Shown here piece after piece: positions 48,701-62,135 of a stretch of 64,000 nt of DNA. The DNA comes from Tubulanus polymorphus (Eukaryota > Animalia > Nemertea), in contig NC_134035.1 in the NCBI RefSeq assembly GCF_964204645.1, forward strand, positions 8,898,451-8,962,450. The letters run 5' to 3'. Numbering within the stretch: position 1 is the stretch's first letter; the number at the start of each line of letters is the position of its first letter. The notes below the pieces were generated by a model. It saw only the letters and a program-made list of their open reading frames with translations, was not told the DNA's origin and made no database searches. The position numbers and the translations under genes are program-made.

Positions 48701-50290
48701 CTGTTCAAATCTCTCATTTGTTTGAATGAACCGGAACCGAATTTCCCAATCATGTACTTCGATTTAAACAAAAAAATATGTAAACTCGACCGCCGATCAC
48801 ACAACTATATCTGTACTTCGATTTCCGATTTCAAAATCAAACCCCCTGTTTCGCTCCCGGCAGGTGTGGTGGGTCTGTAAGACACTCAATCAGAAAATCA
48901 AACGAAATTTACCAACAACAAAAAAAATCATTTGTAGTGGCTTATGAAAAGTTTTTATGGTTCTCATTGATTTATGTAATGTCTTAAGAGGGTGCCAAAA
49001 AAGCAAGCAAACCCTGTCTTATAAACAGAACACATATTATGGCACACGTAACACGTTGGGTCTTTAACGGAGCTGTGATAATTGAGCTGCTGCGGATTGC
49101 GTTAAAACTAGCGGCTATTAATGCACGCCGTCGACTGTGAGAAAAATTGCTCCTTTGTCGGATTATTTCTGGCAAGAAATCGCCGTAGGTTTTTCCTGTT
49201 GATGTCCGGGTAAATTCTTTATTACTTCCTGCGTGCTGTCGTCGCCGGGCGATATGAACATTAAGGGTCTCTTGTTGAAGCCGCGACGTAATCCTGTTCA
49301 AAAGCGATGGCCTCTTGTTTTTTGCGGCGAGCGTAGAAAAAGTACCCGACTTCCAACGACACGTGGATCTTAGGATACCGGAACAAACGTTCACTGAATT
49401 TGTTAATAAGTTTTTTTTCTAATAGCAGGGTTTCTATGGGTTTTGGAATGTCTGGAATTTTTTTCCTGGCCCTTGAAAAGCTATGGAAATTTGCTATGGA
49501 AAATCAGAAAATGGTCCCAAAATATTATTTTACTTCTATTTTGAACTTTAGGCTATGCGTAATTGTCTTAAAATTTTGTTGACAAAAAGGGAATTCTCAC
49601 TTTCCGGATAACGCATTATTGTTCATGGTAGTCACCACTTTGTTGATGGTATATTGATAATTGGCACTTTGAATAGGCCTATATTGCCTGTTCTAGCTTG
49701 GTGATAGGTAATTTAGGGATATAGAAAATTTATTATCCGGGTATGGTAAAAGTATGGAAAATGAAATTGGGCAACCCGTAAGAACCCTGTGATAGAAATA
49801 ATCATGGTTTGTAGCACGTCTGACAAACTCTGTCAAGTGCTTACTTTATAAACATTTGGGAGGCGCTGATGAGTACTTGCTTAACTGGTAAAATCCCAAA
49901 AGAGCTTTAACGGACTGACTTTTTGAACAGAAAATTTGTACTGACATTTTGCCGTCTACTGTGGTTATACACAAACTTATTCAAAAAACTTAAGTGATCA
50001 TGTTTTCTTCATAATATAGTTTGAATTTGAATGCTAGTGCATCTTCTTTTATTCCATGGCTTAATTAAATTGTTGATGTTAAAAGATGCCGGGAAGATCT
50101 GTGGATTCAGGAAGAAAGCGCTCGCCTTAGTCTGACCGCGACGATCCCTGATTATAGAATTTAGTGATGGCTCGTTTCAAGATATTTCGCATCTTGCATT
50201 TTGTAAAAAATCTTATCTCTTACCGTTTTCAGGTTTACCTACAGGATGGGAACTAAGCGTCACGCCAGAGGGCGCTGTTTACTATATCGA
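45730..50290 (+). CDS. PLEKHA5/6/7-like (WW-WW-PH family) gene, first three exons 45730..45821, 46010..46086, 50233..50290; the rest probably lies beyond the window
   Basis: Spliced MPIIAADLTRGFLPYPWIYGVTSDGRIYFINDKTKTTSWLHPATRNPVQTGFRTATGLPTGWELSVTPEGAVYYI matches the tandem-WW N-terminus of PLEKHA5/PLEKHA7; canonical splice sites, phases 2,1,2; which paralogue is closest cannot be decided here. Confidence 0.88.
46972..47137. mobile_element. 166-bp MITE with a 16-bp perfect TIR and 5-bp TSD ATAAG
   Basis: ataag-CAGTGTTTTCAATAAG...CTTATTGAAAACACTG-ataag; the opposite arm of the host palindrome lacks it. Confidence 0.85.
47193..47234 (+). ncRNA. Candidate minimal type I hammerhead ribozyme
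   Basis: ACAC-CUGACGA-U-GAUCUC(UAGGGU)GAGAUC-GAAAC-GUC-GUGU: stem I 4 bp, stem II 6 bp, loopless palindromic stem III. Confidence 0.5.
49426..49789. mobile_element. Non-autonomous DNA element with CAGGGTT...AACCCTG ends
   Basis: Inverted termini and internal atggaa repeats; partial relative at ~4035-4310. Confidence 0.55.
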
Positions 50291-51439
50291 GTAAGTATTC
50301 ATAGATGTTCGAAGCTTTCAGTGTTTGAATCGATCATCGGATATGGATTATTGAAACCACGAGGGCTTTGAAACGGGGTCCCCGCGAATCCATGATTCCG
50401 TAAAAGTATCTTAATAGAAATGCTTTTAAAGGTGCTTGAAACTTCTTTAATGGGCGAAATGCCTTAAACTCCTTTAAATCTCAATCAATTTTGAGAAATA
50501 GCCTATAGGATACTTCAGAAGTAGTAAAGTAGACTACCCCTATATCGCTACATTTGGAACCATGATCTTTTTGTTACCCAATTTGAAACCAGGTTTAGAG
50601 TGTGATGGATAAAAAAATGTGCTCATAAAACCGCAGGATTAACAGTTTACCGAGATAAATAGTGCTGATTTAGGAGGAGTCTACATTAATTAGGTTATAA
50701 AAGTGATGCAGACACTCCTCAAAATTTGTATGGACCCTGTACAAGTGTTTCAATAGCCAAGATTACACAGACGATTAAGCCTGCACCCATTTGGCCTGGG
50801 CCAAACAGTCAAATTTGGCCTGTGCCTAATTAGGGAGCAGGTTTACATAAAAATCACTCACTCGATACTATTATAAGAATGCAAAGTGAAACACTTCAAA
50901 CGCAATCGTTTGACCCGTGCTAAAATTAGGCTCGGGCCAAACAGGCACAGGTCCATTTGGCCCCTGTATGATACAGTTGTTCCGGGCCAAATTCCTCGAT
51001 TAGGTCTAATTTAGATGAGATAGGTCTGTTATGATTGATATTTGTTTGAAATGACTAGGTTCTTAAAGAAGTCTTCAAATTTAAGCAAGGCTAGTCCGGA
51101 ATCTAGGACCGTGCGAATGAAAATTCCCGCGTGTCGAATATCAATAATGACCGAGTTGTTTGAAATTCTTCGTTACCGTCTGGAAACCCGCAAAGAGCCG
51201 TTAGAAATTTATATCAATTCCACGCGGCGAGCTGCGCCGCAGATATTTCGCTTTTATTGAAAAATTGTTCTATAATACGACACCGGATGACGAGAAGTAT
51301 CATCGAATACGGAGAGGTTAGATCCGACCATCTGCGCTCAACTTCATCTCGTTCGCTCGCTCGTCGCTTGAAAGGGCTTTAATTCAGATGCAATTATTCT
51401 TCAGTGCGCGATGAGAGCTCGATTTCTACTGCGCACTCT

Positions 51440-51717
51440 TCCCACTCCTGACTCTCCCCTGCCCTACCTCCCCTCCCTACCTCTCCCTCCCTATCTCTCT
51501 CCCCTCCCTCCCCCTCGACTCCCCTATAATTGTGCCCCCTACCCGTTTCCCCTCTCTGCGCGCTCTCCCCTCCCCCTCAACTCCCCTCTCATTGTGCCCT
51601 CTCCCCCTCTCCTCTCCCTCCTTTCCCTCTCTCTGCGCTCTCTCCCTTAACTCCCCTCTCATTGTGCTCTCTCCCCCTCTCCTCTCCCTCCTCCCCTCCC
51701 TCTCCCTCTCTATCTCT
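51440..51717. repeat. Polypyrimidine low-complexity tract with an internal duplication
   Basis: CT-rich; aactcccctctcattgtgc.ctctccccctctcctctccctcc repeated. Confidence 0.8.
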
Positions 51718-52352
51718 GAAGCATTCATCGATACATGATTATGATTAAGTTTTGCCCGGCAATAAAAATCGAGCGAAGAGGAATCAATTGAAGTGTGCTC
51801 TTCAGTAGATGATTACTCGCGATGATTGCGTATGGTTTTCAAACTGGATTTCCGGCTGCTAATCAAACATTTACTCAATTCCACTCAATTACGTCTTGCG
51901 CTCTCATTACCGGTTTGTCGTATTAAGAGTTTGACGAATTTCGCCTGCAATTAATTCTGCCGAACAATTTATCAATTTTGATCACGAAGATTATGTGGGT
52001 TTTCTACACCATAAAACTGTTATAATAATATCATTATAAGAATACCTAGCACGATGTTATCTAAGGGGGTTCTGTGTGAGTCGATGTGCGCTACATCATC
52101 AACATTGGCATTTCATGATAAAAAAATACAATTGTGAATTTTGGTATTTATTTTGTCGTTAAATATATTTGTATTTTAACTCATTTTATTTTGTATGAAT
52201 TTTGATGATTATTTGTGGCCACCCTGTGATTATGATAATCAAGTTCGGGGCAAGATTTTACAAGTTTTGTCTGAATTTGTTCCATTGCGCTATGACACTA
52301 GAAGTTCTTAGGTAGAAAACATTATTGTTATTATTCTTTATTTACGAATTAA

Positions 52353-52608
52353 CCCTTTCAGTGCGTCTACACCGCAGTGCGGTGTATAAATCAGTGATGG
52401 ATTTTGCTAGTACACCGCACTGCGGTGTATTGATGTAATTAGTAATTTGTAATTATCTCTATTGAAAAATGGCAGCAAGTGTCAAACATAGTGAAATATT
52501 AGTAACTATAGTGGTATTCCCATTATTCAACACACTAGGGTGGAATTTTTTAGAATTTTCAAATTTTCTCCAGCACTATAGGGTATTAATTAGTAGGCAC
52601 TGAAAGGG
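52353..52608 (-). mobile_element. piggyBac-type MITE, opposite orientation, with an internal deletion
   Basis: TTAA-CCCTTTCAGTGC...GCACTGAAAGGG-TTAA. Confidence 0.85.
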
Positions 52609-54122
52609 TTAAATTAAATTAGAAAATTACAGATAATAATATGGTAATGTAATATGAGTCGATGGATACCAGGAGAAGTTAAAAACTTGTAACCATAAAA
52701 CATGGCCCTGGCACCCATGGAAATCACACACGCACACACACGCACACAACCTTTCACCAAACTATCGCATTTGGACAAGCACACGCATGAAAATCATGAC
52801 AAGTCAGTGAATACATTGCAAAGGCTTTTATCAAAAGTTCATAAAAACTGAGCCTTGTTTTGATCTATTTTATGGCAGGAATACAATATATACGCACAGC
52901 AGCGTTTCAAACGCATCCGGAGATGCTGTTATATTTTCATCCGCTGTGGTTGTTTACCTGCGCGGGTCGTTTCATCGAATGCTCGCGTCATTAATCCGCG
53001 GCTGAATACGGTTCACGATACCGTCTTAAACCGTAACTGCTTTTAATCTTTTCTTCTCTCGTCTCGGTCGTCGAGAAACGAAAAACAAATCGTCGTCTTT
53101 TTCGATTCGTTTGTTCATCTTCGCGCGCGCGCGTTATAGATTTACGTTCGTTTGAAGCTCGTCGCAATTACCGCACGGGTCGTCTGCCGAGACTGCGCGG
53201 CGTTCTCTCCTCGGCGTATAGTGGTCTGATTGCCGGTTGATTCTTTCTCAAACGCGGCGCAGACTCGCGCGTTAACGCGATCTTCGAACTCGTATCGGCA
53301 AATTCTTTTATCCTTCTTTTCGCGTTCGATCGGATTACGAATGAATTGATCGCGCTAATCAGTGCCGCGCGATCGTTGCAGCTCTGAACCGATTGTCGCC
53401 GGTGGTTAATTCTTGTCTTATCGGAAAATCATCGTCGCAATGAACGTCTATCGCGGTCGTTACGACTCCTTGATTCCTTTTTAACTCTTTCTAAACAGAA
53501 AATGCTTTTAAATTTGCTCGAAACTCCTTCGATTTGAGCAAAATGCAAAAAACTTTGAGCAAAATGCCAAAAACTCCTTTAAAACTTTCAATTTTGAGAT
53601 TAGACTATTAGACATTTTTGTCTAGTTTGTAGTTGTACAGTAGACTTCGCCTAAATCGGTATAGTTGGGACCAGGATTTTTTTAACTCAATTATAGACGA
53701 TACCGAATTAGAAATCGAGTTTAGATAGTGTATAGGATAAAAATATGCCTACAACAAGACCGCCGAGGAGTATACAGTAATTGGGATAAGAAAATGATAC
53801 AAATGCTTCTTCGAAATTTAAAATTTTCCTCTCTGAAATGCCTTAAATCCAGGATAAGCCAATCTGTAGAGACCCTGTCTATCAGCAGCGATGCCGTTGT
53901 TGTTTTTTTTTGAAAGGGCATTGTACCCACCAGCGCCGAGGCGATTGATTGCCTAATCAGCTGTGATTTAAGCCTAATTGACAGATATATCGACTAGTTG
54001 CTTAGTTTAGTTTTTGTCAGAAAATCGTTAGCCGAGGTTAGACTATCGGATACACAGGAAATTGATTCGAGACTATCTGTTATAACAAATGGATCTGTCT
54101 CTCTAACTCTGTGTTCAGTTAA

Positions 54123-54840
54123 GTAGCTCTATCCATTTCCCTCTTCTCTCCATCCTATCCATGCTCACTCCTTTCTCCTGACGCCACCCTGCCCTCTAGC
54201 TCTATCCATTTCCCTCCATCCTGTCCATGTTCACTCCTTTCTCCTGACATCTCCCTGCCCTCTAGCTCTATTCATTTCCCTCTTCTCTCCATCCTATCCA
54301 TGCTCACTCCTTTCTCCTGACACCTCCCTGCCCTCTAGCTCTATCCATTTCCCTCTTCTCTTCATCCTGTCTATGCTCACTCCTTTCTCCTGATATCTCC
54401 CTGCCCTCTAGCTCTATCCATTTCCCTCTTCTCTTCATCCTGTCCATGTTCATTCCTTTCTCTCCTGACACCTCCCTGCCCTCTAGCTCTATCCAGTTCC
54501 CTCTTCTCTTCATCCTGTCTATGCTCACTCCTTTCTCCGGATATCTCCCTGCCCTCTAGCTCTATCCAGTTCCCTGTTCTCTTCATCCTGTCCATGTTCA
54601 TTCCTTTCTCCTGACACCTCCCTGCCCTCTAGCTCTATTCATTTCCCTCCATCCTGTTCATGTTCATTCCTTTCTCCTGACACCTCCCTGCCCTCTAGCT
54701 CTATTCATTTCCCTCCATCCTGTTCATGTTCATTCCTTTCTCTCCTGACACCTCCCTGCCCTCTAGCTCTATCCATTTTCCTCTTCTCTTCATCCTGTCC
54801 ATGTTCATTCCTTTCTCTCCTGACACCTCTCTGCCCTTTC
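54123..54840. repeat. Pyrimidine-rich minisatellite, 65-75 bp unit, ~10 copies
   Basis: Recurring ccctgccctctagctctatccatttccc...catcctgtccatg.tca.tcctttctcctga. Confidence 0.9.
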
Positions 54841-55696
54841 TTTCTCCTCTGGCATTGTTCTCTCATTTCCTTCTCACCTCGCCTCTCCATCTCTCAACCT
54901 GGCGCGTGGTCTTCTTCTCTCACCTCTCTCCCTCTAAATCTTACATAACCCTTGAAGACCTCTGTCAATTGATTATTACGCCGAGATATAAGAAAATACT
55001 TCAGGCCTCTTCTATCTGATCTCCTTAGAAGTCGAAGTAACTATTCAGAAGTGATGCCTCGAGTGAACTGTGAGGACTATGAGGACGCGAAAGACTTGTT
55101 AGAAAAATCCGATGATAACACGGATCATATGCGTGCTTCGAGAGTTCAAGGGAAATGCCAAGAAGTATAGAAGCTGACCCTTGTAGGTTCAAAGAAATTA
55201 TCATTAAAAAAATCACCGAGGTTTTCGGTAGAACTGGATCAATGGACATAACCTTTTCTGAATGAATAAGTCCCATAGTAGATTTGTATTTGATAAGATT
55301 TATTAAAACAAAACCACAACATTTTGGCTGTTGACTAATGTTGAAATATTGTAGTTTTGTTTTGATAAATTTTGTTAAAGGATTAAAGTGTTTTATTGGA
55401 CTACTAAGCTTTTCTACCCGTTTCCTAGGCATACTAGAGATCAACAGCGGCCATCATGCGGAGACTGGCCCGGGCCAAATTGACACAGATCAGTCCCGAG
55501 CCAAATAAGAAAGCGCGTTTACACGTAAACCAATCACACAAATCGAAGTGAATCATTTCCCGAACCAGTTGCAATTCAAACACGGTCATTTGTCGCATGC
55601 TGGTCCTACATTTTTGGTCGGGCCAAACAGTAATAGATAATCTGTTTATTTTTTATTGCGCATATGAATTGTTCTTATTTTTGAATGCGGAGGAGT

Positions 55697-55913
55697 GAGA
55701 GAAGGAGAGAGGGAGGGAGGGAGGGAGGGAGGGAGGGAGGGAGGGAGGGAGGGAGAGGGAGGGAGGGAGGGAGGGAGGGAGGGAGGGAGGGAGAGGGCTA
55801 GGAGAGAGAGGGCAAGGAGAGAGAGAGAGAGGGAGGGAGAGAGGGCAAGGAGAGAGAGGGAGAGGGAGGGGAGGGAGAGAAGAGGGCGAGGAGAGAGGGA
55901 GGGTAGAGGGAGA
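55697..55913. repeat. (GGGA)n / GA-rich simple repeat
   Basis: Direct inspection. Confidence 0.9.
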
Positions 55914-56499
55914 TGGATTATCGAGAATATTTTGATCTCATTGAAACCGGGTCGGATGACCAGATAAACGAGAAACGACGGAGAGAAAAAAAATCATTAT
56001 CCGGTAATGAAGTGGATGAAAATTGCAGGCAAATAACGTTAATAGCCTCTGCTTAATATCTACTCAACGTTTTCTACTGTAAGCTTTCACGAACCAGTAA
56101 CATCCCTTTGGGCTTTCAATGATAGCTCGTTAATAAGCTCTCGCTGTATGTCGGTTGTTCTGATAAAGAAACATCGTTTTTATCCGTTGTATCCATTAAG
56201 TCGCCGATGACGACGGCGATATAGCATCGCCGCCCAACCAGTAACTACCGGGCTTGTAATTATTATTATTATTATTATTATCATTATTATTATTATTATC
56301 ATTATTATTATTAGTTATCTAGAACAGATTTGTCTTTGGGGGAACTGATTTTATTTTCTATCTTGTATCAGTCAAATAAAAAGCTTACTTCTACGGAGCT
56401 AGGCCGTGTTTCATTTGACTCTGCCTGATCAGTTACTTTTTGATATCTGGATAAGTGAGGCTGGAATATGAAGAATTGGCTGCAGGAACTGGAGTCGGG

Positions 56500-56830
56500 C
56501 TGTGGCACTGCTGCTGCGCGGAGTCGCGCTGTCCCTGTGCAGAGTCACGCTGTGACGTGCCCCTGTGCGGAGTCGCGTTGTGACGCTGCCCCTGAGCGGA
56601 GTCGCGCAGTGATGCGGCCCATGTGCGGAGTCGCGCAGTGACGCGGCCCATGTGCGGAGTCGCGCAGTGACGCGGCCCATGTGCGGAGTCGCGGTATGAC
56701 GCTGCCCCTGTGCAGAGGTGCGCTGTGGCGCTCTCCCTATGCGGAGCTGCGCCGTGACACTGTCCCTTTGGGAGTCGCACTATGGCGCTGTACTTGTGCG
56801 GAGTTGCGCTGTGGCGCTGTCCCTGTGCGA
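56500..56830. repeat. GC-rich ~29-bp minisatellite (gtgacgcggcccatgtgcggagtcgcgca), degenerate toward the edges
   Basis: ggagtcgcg recurs about every 29 bp. Confidence 0.85.
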
Positions 56831-57404
56831 CACAGTCAAACGCCATTTTGAAAATTGAGCAATGCATGGCCTTTATTGAGCATGCGCATCTAATTGTTAT
56901 CTCTTTTTCTTTTCTAAAATGTACAGCCAGCCATCAGCGTGCCAGGTGGTAATTTATAGAATATCGTATATATTGCTTATGATATTTATATAATCATTGA
57001 TACCACGAAACAGAGATTCATTCGTTCATTCAATAATATCTCAATGACTAATAGAAATTCTACCGACAAAACATCATTTTCTTCATTGCGCTTCGTGTCA
57101 TTTTCAAGTAATATTCGAGAACTGAATCAAATCGAAGTTTCCCGTTACGCGTAGATTTCATTGATACTTCAAGTTGTTTTTTCTTTTCGATAAGCGGTTT
57201 CCGCGGCGGCGCGCGGCGTCCCCGGACGATCAATCATCGTAGATAAATACGAGCATATTCGTCGGAGAGCGCGACGTCGTCGTCTGCTGACACCGTCGGA
57301 ATTTAAATTCGTTTCAGTCTCGTGAACGACGAGGTAAACGTCCTCGTCTCGACGGCGAGGACCGCGAGATATCGGTTTGAATGAAAACGGTCGATTTTGC
57401 TTAA

Positions 57405-57692
57405 CCCTTTCAGTGCTGACTAATCAATACCCTATAGTGCTGAAGATAATTTGAAAATTCTGAAAAATTCCACCCTAGTGTGTTGAATAACGGGAATACC
57501 ACTATAGTGCCTCTACACCGCGGCGCGGTGTATCGTTAGTTGCTAATATTTCACTTTGTTTGACAGGTGCTGCCATCTTTCAATAGAGATAATTAGTAAT
57601 TACTAATTAAATCAATACACCGCAGTGCAGTGTACTAGCAAAATCCATCACTGTTTCGTACAACGCACTGCGGTGTAGATGCACTGAAAGGG
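57405..57692 (+). mobile_element. Full-length 288-bp piggyBac-type MITE
   Basis: Perfect TTAA TSD and CCCTTTCAGTGC/GCACTGAAAGGG TIRs. Confidence 0.88.
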
Positions 57693-57917
57693 TTAATAAG
57701 AGGAATATCAAAGAGATTCTCAGTTGAATCGAGGAGGAGAGCGACGATGATAACGTAGTCGGACGACGATTATTGAAAATCTTATGATCGGTTTATCTCC
57801 GTAAAACGCATCGGTTCGATTCGATTCAGTTCTCGAATGTTACTTGAAAAAAGACGAAAAAGCGCGTCAAACTCCGTTACGTCACTATACATTTGCATTT
57901 GCTATCTTCGAAATTGA

Positions 57918-58120
57918 TCAGCGCCCTCACCGGTGGCGATGAACAATAGGTTCTCGGAAATATGTTCGATTATATTAATCTCTGCGAGCATTGAACATTA
58001 CCGTTTTTGAAGATTTCGTATTAAGACTTAAACAAATCAATGAAAAACGCTAAATTAAGAAAAGAGACCGGCAACCAGTCTACAACATCTATTGTTTATC
58101 GCCAACGTTGAGGGCGCTGA
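57918..58120. repeat. Imperfect ~33-bp inverted repeat pair (MITE-like)
   Basis: tcagcgccctcaccggtggcgatgaacaatag ... ctattgtttatcgccaacgttgagggcgctga. Confidence 0.6.
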
Positions 58121-58214
58121 ACAAAACACAAGATTACTAGCGGATTTTTGAGGACTTGGCCTTCCCGTTCGCTTATAGTTCTATGATAAAACACTTTATC
58201 CGTGTTGAAGCGAT

Positions 58215-58386
58215 GTAGAGAGAATCCCACAACAATAACGAAAAATAGTCCGAAAATGCTACTTTGAGCTAGTAGTTAATTCAACGTTTCGACTATCCTA
58301 ATAGTCATCTTCAGGAATAATGTGATTAACCCTGAATATGACATTTTCGGACTCTTTTTTCGTTATTATTGTGGGATTCTCTCTAC
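58215..58386. mobile_element. Fold-back Penelope-like relic with a hammerhead core on the minus strand
   Basis: Inverted arms gtagagagaatcccaca.../...tgtgggattctctctac; minus strand CTGAAGA-T-GACTAT(TAGG)ATAGTC-GAAAC-GTT. Confidence 0.6.
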
Positions 58387-59602
58387 AGGAATTCTGATTT
58401 TACCATTAGAAATGAATGAATCTATTTTGCAAGATAAATTGTTACGCGATTAGAAGATCGTAGATGATTTTACATTCGGCACATAGCATATATTTGCAGA
58501 TCATTTCACGGATTATTTTCGATTAGATTTTTTCCTGTGTTTTCTCGATAAGAAACTTAGATCGAAGGCAAACTGGGATAACACCGAACATTGACGCGGC
58601 CCGCATACTGGACAATGGAGGATCTCGTATGTGGAGGAGATAATATCTCGAGTTGTACGAATCAAGCCTTGTAGAACGCGATTAAAATCGAACCCCGTTC
58701 GAATATTTGCGATGATTTTGATCGCGATAGAAACCTCTACGGGTGTTGAAGAGACTCGCCGGGTTACGCAGAAGACATTTCTGATTTAGATACTTTAAGA
58801 TTTGATTTGATGGTGCGAGGTTATTTGGATAATGTTTGCGGTTCCGTCGTCTGCTTAGGCGATATTTTCGATTTCGTTAAGCAGCAAAACGGTATCGATG
58901 TCACGGAACTAAAACGACGAGTGTTTCGTCGTTTGTGGAAGGTTGTCTACTTCAGCACGACGTTAAGGGTTCGTACATTTAGAAAACTGGCTCCACGCGA
59001 AAACTCGGCAAAACTGGTCTGTTATTGGAATGACTGGCGCGCGCGTGTGTTACCAACTCGACATCGTTACCGCTAAAGGGGCCAATAATTAGGACTCGCG
59101 CTAGAGAAATCAAAATGCTTCTTCCGTCATAGACGGAACCGGAATTAGCCGCGCCGATAGCGAACGGCAGCCGACTCGCGTCTTCAAGCTTATGGTAGAT
59201 TTGTCGAAGAGAAGAAATTGTTACGCAATTCTACCATCAGACAGTCGCGGACGTAACCCCCTGAAAACGAACCCCGCCATCCTTCAACAATCGCGCGATG
59301 AATCTTCGAACGCCGTTTCTAAAGCCTTGATTCGGGAGATTCGGTCGAAACGGGCTTAAAAACTTAGCATTTTATCCGCAGCGCCGTTCTACAGTTAAAG
59401 AGAACGTTTATTTCGATGTGTGAATTGAAGATTAGTCCTCTAAGATTTCCGACCCCGTCTACCGCGTCGTCTTTGTTTCAGGTTTATGGGATCGCGGTTT
59501 AAAAAGTTTGAAACACGTCGCGTAACTTCACTTCAACGTCGATAGAACTTTTGACTAAACCTGAGACGAGAAGATACACGATATCTGTGTATGATGAATA
59601 AT

Positions 59603-59787
59603 GAGAGAAATCCCACTATAAATTCAGCCAGAAATGAAAAGTTCTATATTGAAATATATATTTTGAGCAACGTTTCGGCAAAATACTATTAGCCATCATC
59701 AGGCGTACTGAGAACAGAATGAAATATATACATCATTTTGATATAGATTTTTTCATTTTTGGCTGAATTTATAATCGTATTTCTCTA
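59603..59787. mobile_element. Fold-back Penelope-like relic with a hammerhead core on the minus strand
   Basis: Arms tataaattcagcca.aaatgaaaa / ttttcatttttggctgaatttata; minus strand CTGATGA-T-GGC...GCC-GAAAC-GTT. Confidence 0.55.
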
Positions 59788-61801
59788 GATAACTAAACAT
59801 GGTCGGAGTGAATTTGAAGTTCGGTAAAGTTTTCTACGAAACGCCGTTATACGTATTCATTCTGAGAAGTCATCGCTCCTCGCGGAAGTCTTCGAATCAT
59901 ATTGATATGATATGAATACGTGAATGCCCGCTCGGTTCGTCGGCGTACACCGAAACAACTAATGAATTATTCACGAAACTAATTTCATGTAGATCCGGTG
60001 ACTGTTGTTCGAAAGATGTCGGCGAATATGTGCGTCTTAATAGATATATATATGTATCGTATATATCATAACTGAATTGATTCCCTCAGTTCCTCAGAGA
60101 AGATCTCGTGTGGATCTCGTTATGAAATGGGCGAATATCTTAATGCATTTAAAGTGTATAACATTTTGAATAGATATTGGAGATATGCATAACAATTGCT
60201 TCGATCTTGAAATAATTGGTTCTTCAAGGCGCACCTGTGTGCCAGACAAGCACGCTAAACCTGATGATGCTGATCACGTCAATAGTATATAGGAAGCATA
60301 ATCCACAATCACGCGAGCGTTTTTGGCCCAGATGCCTATTTAGCCTGGGACAAATTTGGCCTGACCAAAAACGAGCCGAATTTTAGCAGTGGTCAAATCA
60401 TTGCTTATGAATTACTACTGGTTCCGGAAGTGACTCACTTCGCTTAAGTGTCGAGTGAGTGGTGGTTTGTGTGTGAACGCTTTCTCTAATTAGACGCGGG
60501 ACGAGTTTGGCTCGGGTCTGATCCGTACGAATTTGGCCCGGGCCGAATCATCTCCATGTGAACACGGCTATTGTCTTCCCGAGGAAAGACTGTACTATTT
60601 TCCTCCTGGAATTAGGGGAACATCGATGTGTATATGTATTATAATTTGAGAGATATGGAAGGCCCTTTTAATGTGTTAGACATACGTCAACATCTGTTGA
60701 CTAGAAGCTCTGCTGGGTGTATGATTCTCTATACACGAGTTAAGATGTCATTACCAAAAGTTATGCACGTTGTGTACAAAAACAATCATCTCTGCCGTCT
60801 CTTCAGCAGCAGGTGCGTATGTGGCTTCTTTCTGTAGTACCTAATGTCTTTGATTACCGCAACTCAATCCACCGACTGACTCCCGGCAGCGGAGAAGAAG
60901 TCACAAGAATTCTTCGTTATAAAAACATGGGTTGTTGCGTGCTTATTTATGGTTAGTTTATGGGTTTTCTGTATGTATTGTCTAGGCCTTCACCTACATC
61001 ACGTTCTACCCACAGGCTGTCGTGTTGTGCTGCTGTCAAAGCCAGTTTATCTGACCGCGTCGTCTTCGTACAAGGCATCTGTCGGTGCGCTAATAGAAAA
61101 TAAACCTTTTTCATTTCAGGTCCATTCTGTCCATTTATATCCGGCCTTCTTCATGGGCCCACTTGGGACTCGTGGTCTCAAGCAATGTTGACTGCTGGTC
61201 TTAAGTTGTTACTAGGAGGTGGGAGTGAACCACCTCCCTTGTTGTTAGGACGGTTTCTCTAGAACCAAAAACCTCTTACATCTAAGCCTTTACTGACAGA
61301 GATGAGTACGTTTTATGTTTTTAAACTTGCTGTTTTCAAATGATCTCTCACTCTGGTATCGGCCATCGGCCTTTATTTCTTTAGGGTTTCACCATTTTCC
61401 GTTTTTTTTTTAGGTTTTTCCACTTAGATCTCTGTACCGGGCAAGTTGGGAAGTTACGTGCCCCCTAATATTGCCTTCTTGGATATCAAAGTGTCCTTTT
61501 GGGATATAACGTGCCCTTCAAAATTACCCTCTGGTTCCAACCCTGTTTTCGACTGAATATTCCCTTTTTGTCCGTCATATATTTCAATTCTCTGTCTTCC
61601 CTGGAACCGCTGTTATTTTTAGGTTTCCTTTAATTACTACTCTACCCGGTATAGTTACTATTACCATCTCGCTATGATTCGACAGCAAATTAACTGCCAG
61701 TTCTCATCTTACTCTACTGAAATCTCAATTATCTCCTGATGAACTATTAGTTCATTCTTCCAAACCGAAAATTGATTTAGTTTTCTAATTGCGTTACATG
61801 A

Positions 61802-61803
<2 letters not shown>

Positions 61804-61870
<67 letters not shown>

Positions 61871-62038
61871 TCCCTCTCCCTCTCCCTCTCCCTCTCCCTC
61901 TCCCTCTCCCTCTCCCTCTCCCTCTCCCTCTCCCTCTCCCTCTCCCTCTCCCTCTCCCTCTCCCTCTCCCTCTCCCTCTCTCTTTCTTCCTCCTCTCTTT
62001 CTCCCTCCCTCTCTCTTTCTCCCTCCCTCTCTCTTTCT

Positions 62039-62135
<97 letters not shown>

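Noticed and set aside
48984-49394. 136-aa minus-strand ORF in the PLEKHA-like intron 2
   Set aside because: Non-ATG start, no recognisable domain or splice support.
56500-56830. 29-bp repeat as a CRISPR-like array
   Set aside because: Contiguous tandem units without unique spacers, no cas genes, eukaryotic context.
60690-61380. Compositionally distinct stretch, possibly an LTR or retroelement fragment
   Set aside because: No paired LTR, primer-binding site, TSD or RT motif can be identified.
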